A stretch of 27,391 nt of DNA from a virus (lineage: Duplodnaviria > Caudoviricetes): IMG/VR virus record IMGVR_UViG_3300011336_000221, positions 1 through 27,391 of that record; one strand, written 5' to 3'. The first letter of the stretch is position 1. Every line of letters begins with the position of its first letter. Made by a program: the position numbers and the translations under genes. The notes below the pieces were generated by a model. The model ran no database searches and was not told where the DNA came from. It worked only from the letters and a program-made list of their open reading frames with translations. Positions 24,291 through 27,391 of the stretch are shown here, one piece after another.

Positions 24291-27200
24291 ATGGCACTCG
24301 AAAGATCATACAGAGCGACTTTTCAAGACACAGGAGATGACTTCGGTGGCTTGTCGTTTTTGGATTCTGGTTTTACGCCTGAGTTTTTTAATCCCGCACC
24401 ACAACCTACATACCAGCCGCCTGTAGCACCAGCGGGAATGGGTCTGGAACAAGGCTATAACGAGAATGTTACGCCTGCACAACCTGCATATACACCCGCC
24501 CCAGAAATTGATTACTTTGCACAGCAATTTGAACCAGATCGATTTGCATCTATTCAACCACCAAGCCGATACAACATCTCTTCACCAGATGTTCAGGCGC
24601 AAGTCTATGCACAACAAGAAGCCGCAAGACAGGCTCAGTTAGCGCAAGAGGCTGAACAACAAAGACAGGCTCAGTTAGCGCAAGAGGCTGAACAACAAAG
24701 ACAGGCTCAGTTAGCGCAAGAGGCTGAACAACAAAGACAGGCTCAGTTAGCGCAAGAGGCTGAAGCACAAGCCAGAGCACAGGCTGAAGCACAAGCCAGA
24801 GCACAGGCTGAAGCGCAAGCCAGAGCACAGGCTGAAGCACAGGCTGAACAACAACGTCAGGCTCAGTACCAAGCCGAACAACAGGCTTATGAAGACCAAC
24901 AGCGAACTTACAGAGAAAATCAATTCCGCCAAGAAGAACTTCGCGCACAGAATGCCGCTAGGTTAGCCGCAGAACAAGAAACCGCAAGGCAAGCTGAAGC
25001 ACAGGCAGAACAACAAAGACAGGCCCAGTTAGCTCAAGCACCCGCAGGCGGATTGCCTGTAACCGGAGCGCTTGCAAACGAAACTTTGGCATTAGGTGAC
25101 AACGAAAGCGGTGTAAGAACTGCTGGTCTTGATTCTATTGATAAAAGAAGTACAGGCTTAGAAAAAAGCACTGAAGTTGTTCAAACTCCAGAAGACAAAA
25201 AGATTGCTGAAATATCTAACAGGTTGGCTGACCAAATTCTTGGTCAAAAATTAACCGACAAATGGTCTGGTCAGGGACTTGGTTCAGCCGAAGCAAATGC
25301 CCGTGACATGGCCAAGATTTTGGCGGGTATTGGAATTACTGACATCAATCAGTTTGGCCCTATAACTCGTGAAGTTCAAAAGATAGTTGGTTACGAGGAT
25401 TGGGGTGACCCAATTTATCAGACTGTAACTGAGCAAACCTATGGAAATAAGCTAACAGGTCAAGCAGTTCCAAACACGTATAGCGAACGCCAGACAGGTA
25501 ATTTCTTTGGTGGCACTTACGCAGGTAAAGGTAATACTGGGTACGGTGTTTACTTTGATGAAAAGGGCAACCCTCAGTTTTATACACAGGGCGCATCTAG
25601 TAGTGACCTTGATAAGATACAACCACTCTTAACACTTGCGTCATTTGTTCCCGGTCTTGCCCCGTTTGCCATGGCGGCAAACGCCGCAATCTCTGCAAGC
25701 CAAGGCAACTGGGCCGGCGCTATTTTAAGCGGGTTAGGTGCGGCTGGTCAGTTTGCTAACGCCACCGTGTCTCAAATTGACGCGCTGACTAAAGCCGGTG
25801 ATTTTGCTGGCGCTAACGCACTGTACCAAAGCAGTATGCTTGCGCAAAACGCAGGTGCTATTAACACAGCAAGAACTATTGCTAGTGGACTGAACGCGCT
25901 TGATCAAAAAAATATTGCTGGCGTTGTAAACGCAGGGCTTACATTAGGCGGCGTGGGTGTTCCTCCAGAAGTAAGAACGGCGGCCACATTGTTTAACGCG
26001 GCATCGGCAATTGGAAGTGGCGACACAGCAGGGTTGCTAGACGCCGCGTCTTCCTTAACAGGTAGCAGTGACGCAAAATTAGCCTCGTCGGCTTTAAGAC
26101 TTAAAACCGCGGTTGAGTCTGGTGACTTTAACGCAATCGCAAACGCCACAATGGATTTTAAAACAGCCGTTGATTCATCAACAAAAGACAACACGGCGTT
26201 CAACAAATTTAAAAATGTATTAAAAGCGGGCGGCTCTTCTGACGACGCGTTCGCCGCGGCCAGTAAGGTGACAGGCGGGGATGGAGATGGAGACGGGGAT
26301 GGTAATGTTAACCAGTTCAATACCGCAATAGCAGGCGTCACACCAACAACGCTTACTCAAGATTTGCCCGCGGACGGCGACTACGCTAAAGCGGCCGAAA
26401 GCCTTATACAACAATACGATGTTGCTGGACTGGCTTTGCCTGTAGGACAACCCGGCGGAGTAAGCGCGCCCGCAACAGCGCCGCTATTGCGTTTGGTCCA
26501 AGCGGCGGCAAACGATCCTAATTACTCGTCAAAGCTTACTGCGTTAGAAAAAGTATTGACTGCCGCGGGAAGCTCTATTTCGCGTGTGTTGAACGCCGGT
26601 ATTGCTCTTGGTACATATTCGCCATCTACCAACGCAGGAGAATACCAAGCATTACAACGTTTGCGCGAATCTGGAATGATTACGCTAGATGATGTGAACA
26701 GAGCTGGCGCAGGTCGAGGCGTTGTAAACCCCCCAAATGTAAAGCCGGACCCCGTAACAAGTCCTGCAACTAACAAACCTTATGTAGTACAGCCGGGCGA
26801 TTATTCAGACACAACTGAACCAATTCAACCATGGCAAAACATCGACCCCACTTCTGGTTTGCCCGCGGTTAAACCACCGCCAGAAACAGAGCCGGAACCG
26901 GAACCTCCCGCAAATGATCCTGCGTTTGTGCCTCCTCCGGCCCCTATTACTACACCACCTTTTATTGCGCCTCCGGAGCCCCCCGCAAATGATCCTGCGT
27001 TTGTGCCTCCTCCGGCCCCTATACCTTTCGAGCCTCTTGTTGTCCCAAAAAGACCGCCCGCAAACGAGCCGATATTTGTGCCACCAACAAGGCCAGTGGT
27101 TCCTGCACCTGCCCCTGCCCCTGCGCCCGCTCCGGCTCCTGCACCTGCCCCTGCGCCCGCTCCGGCTCCTGCACCTGCCCCTGCGCCCGCTCCGGCTCCT

Positions 27201-27391
27201 GCACCTGCCCCTGCGCCCGCTCCGGCTCCTGCACCTGCCCCTGCGCCCGCTCCGGCTCCTGCACCTGCACCTGCCCCTGCGCCCGCTCCGGCTCCTGCAC
27301 CTGCCCCTGCGCCCGCTCCGGCTCCTGCACCTGCCCCTGCCCCTGCTCCCGCTCCGGCCCCTGCTCCTGCACCTGCCCCTGCGCCCGCTCC
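24291..27391 (+). CDS. Very large low-complexity protein (>1033 aa, 3'-truncated), putative internal virion / DNA ejection protein (not in ORF track)
   Basis: ATG at 24291 (MALERSYRATFQDTGDDFGG...), and I found no stop before the window end. It contains a Q/A/E coiled-coil repeat, a globular segment, Gly/Ala-rich hydrophobic helices ('LLTLASFVPGLAPFAMAANAAISASQGNWAGAILSGLGAAG') and then Pro-rich repeats. Confidence 0.8.
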   Translation, partial: MALERSYRATFQDTGDDFGGLSFLDSGFTPEFFNPAPQPTYQPPVAPAGMGLEQGYNENVTPAQPAYTPAPEIDYFAQQFEPDRFASIQPPSRYNISSPDVQAQVYAQQEAARQAQLAQEAEQQRQAQLAQEAEQQRQAQLAQEAEQQRQAQLAQEAEAQARAQAEAQARAQAEAQARAQAEAQAEQQRQAQYQAEQQAYEDQQRTYRENQFRQEELRAQNAARLAAEQETARQAEAQAEQQRQAQLAQAPAGGLPVTGALANETLALGDNESGVRTAGLDSIDKRSTGLEKSTEVVQTPEDKKIAEISNRLADQILGQKLTDKWSGQGLGSAEANARDMAKILAGIGITDINQFGPITREVQKIVGYEDWGDPIYQTVTEQTYGNKLTGQAVPNTYSERQTGNFFGGTYAGKGNTGYGVYFDEKGNPQFYTQGASSSDLDKIQPLLTLASFVPGLAPFAMAANAAISASQGNWAGAILSGLGAAGQFANATVSQIDALTKAGDFAGANALYQSSMLAQNAGAINTARTIASGLNALDQKNIAGVVNAGLTLGGVGVPPEVRTAATLFNAASAIGSGDTAGLLDAASSLTGSSDAKLASSALRLKTAVESGDFNAIANATMDFKTAVDSSTKDNTAFNKFKNVLKAGGSSDDAFAAASKVTGGDGDGDGDGNVNQFNTAIAGVTPTTLTQDLPADGDYAKAAESLIQQYDVAGLALPVGQPGGVSAPATAPLLRLVQAAANDPNYSSKLTALEKVLTAAGSSISRVLNAGIALGTYSPSTNAGEYQALQRLRESGMITLDDVNRAGAGRGVVNPPNVKPDPVTSPATNKPYVVQPGDYSDTTEPIQPWQNIDPTSGLPAVKPPPETEPEPEPPANDPAFVPPPAPITTPPFIAPPEPPANDPAFVPPPAPIPFEPLVVPKRPPANEPIFVPPTRPVVPAPAPAPAPAPAPAPAPAPAPAPAPAPAPAPAPAPAPAPAPAPAPAPAPAPAPAPAPAPAPAPAPAPAPAPAPAPAPAPAPAPAPAPAPAPAPAPA
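24627..24866 (+). repeat. Tandem coding repeats: 36 bp x ~4 (RQAQLAQEAEQQ), then 24 bp x 3 (AQARAQAE)
   Basis: The unit agacaggctcagttagcgcaagaggctgaacaacaa starts at 24627, 24663, 24699 and 24735; gcacaagccagagcacaggctgaa units start from 24765. Confidence 0.92.
26907..27022 (+). repeat. 41-bp direct repeat x2 encoding PANDPAFVPPPAP
   Basis: cccgcaaatgatcctgcgtttgtgcctcctccggcccctat at 26907-26947 and 26982-27022. Confidence 0.88.
27102..27391 (+). repeat. (Pro-Ala)n coding minisatellite, 30-bp unit, running off the window end
   Basis: The unit CCTGCACCTGCCCCTGCGCCCGCTCCGGCT repeats about nine times, with occasional 6-bp insertions. Confidence 0.95.

Noticed and set aside
24627-24866. 36-bp repeats as a possible CRISPR array
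   Set aside because: The units are contiguous with no unique spacers, stay in frame within a coding sequence, and no cas genes are present.
338-27372. Numerous minus-strand and alternate-frame ORFs in the supplied track
   Set aside because: They lie entirely within well-supported + strand genes, have no recognisable motifs, and are expected shadows of codon bias and repeats.
1-27391. Alternative genetic code (stop-codon reassignment)
   Set aside because: Genes are full length and densely packed under the standard code, and TAA, TGA and TAG all occur as genuine stops.

Overview
The window is the packaging and morphogenesis (late) region of a tailed dsDNA bacteriophage. The gene order and the lack of any recognisable tape-measure, sheath or tail-tube gene suggest a podovirus-like morphology (inference). 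All credible genes are on the + strand and many are translationally coupled. In order: 5'-truncated terminase large subunit, a 543-aa putative internal head protein, a 918-aa portal, a GroES-like co-chaperonin, a scaffold-like protein, a decoration protein, a Mu gpT-like major capsid protein, a collagen-containing fibre, a lysis cassette (five membrane or exported proteins plus a GH24 lysozyme), four small Lys-rich proteins, neck/tail proteins, a repeat-rich tail fibre with an S74 chaperone, and a >1033-aa low-complexity putative ejection protein that runs off the 3' end. Several real small genes and this last long ORF are missing from the supplied ORF track. The most notable signals are: (1) a bipartite motif, GGGCR-N15-RTGKGTRMTT-N5-TARG, in five exactly spaced copies, one at the head of each gene module (candidate phage-specific late promoter); (2) a multi-pseudoknotted RNA leader just downstream of the capsid gene that starts at one of these promoters and pairs next to the following gene's RBS; (3) a compact H-type pseudoknot between two in-frame small genes; (4) a recurring x-x-x-G-G peptide motif in putative head-internal proteins. 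All functional calls come from reading the sequence; no database search was run.
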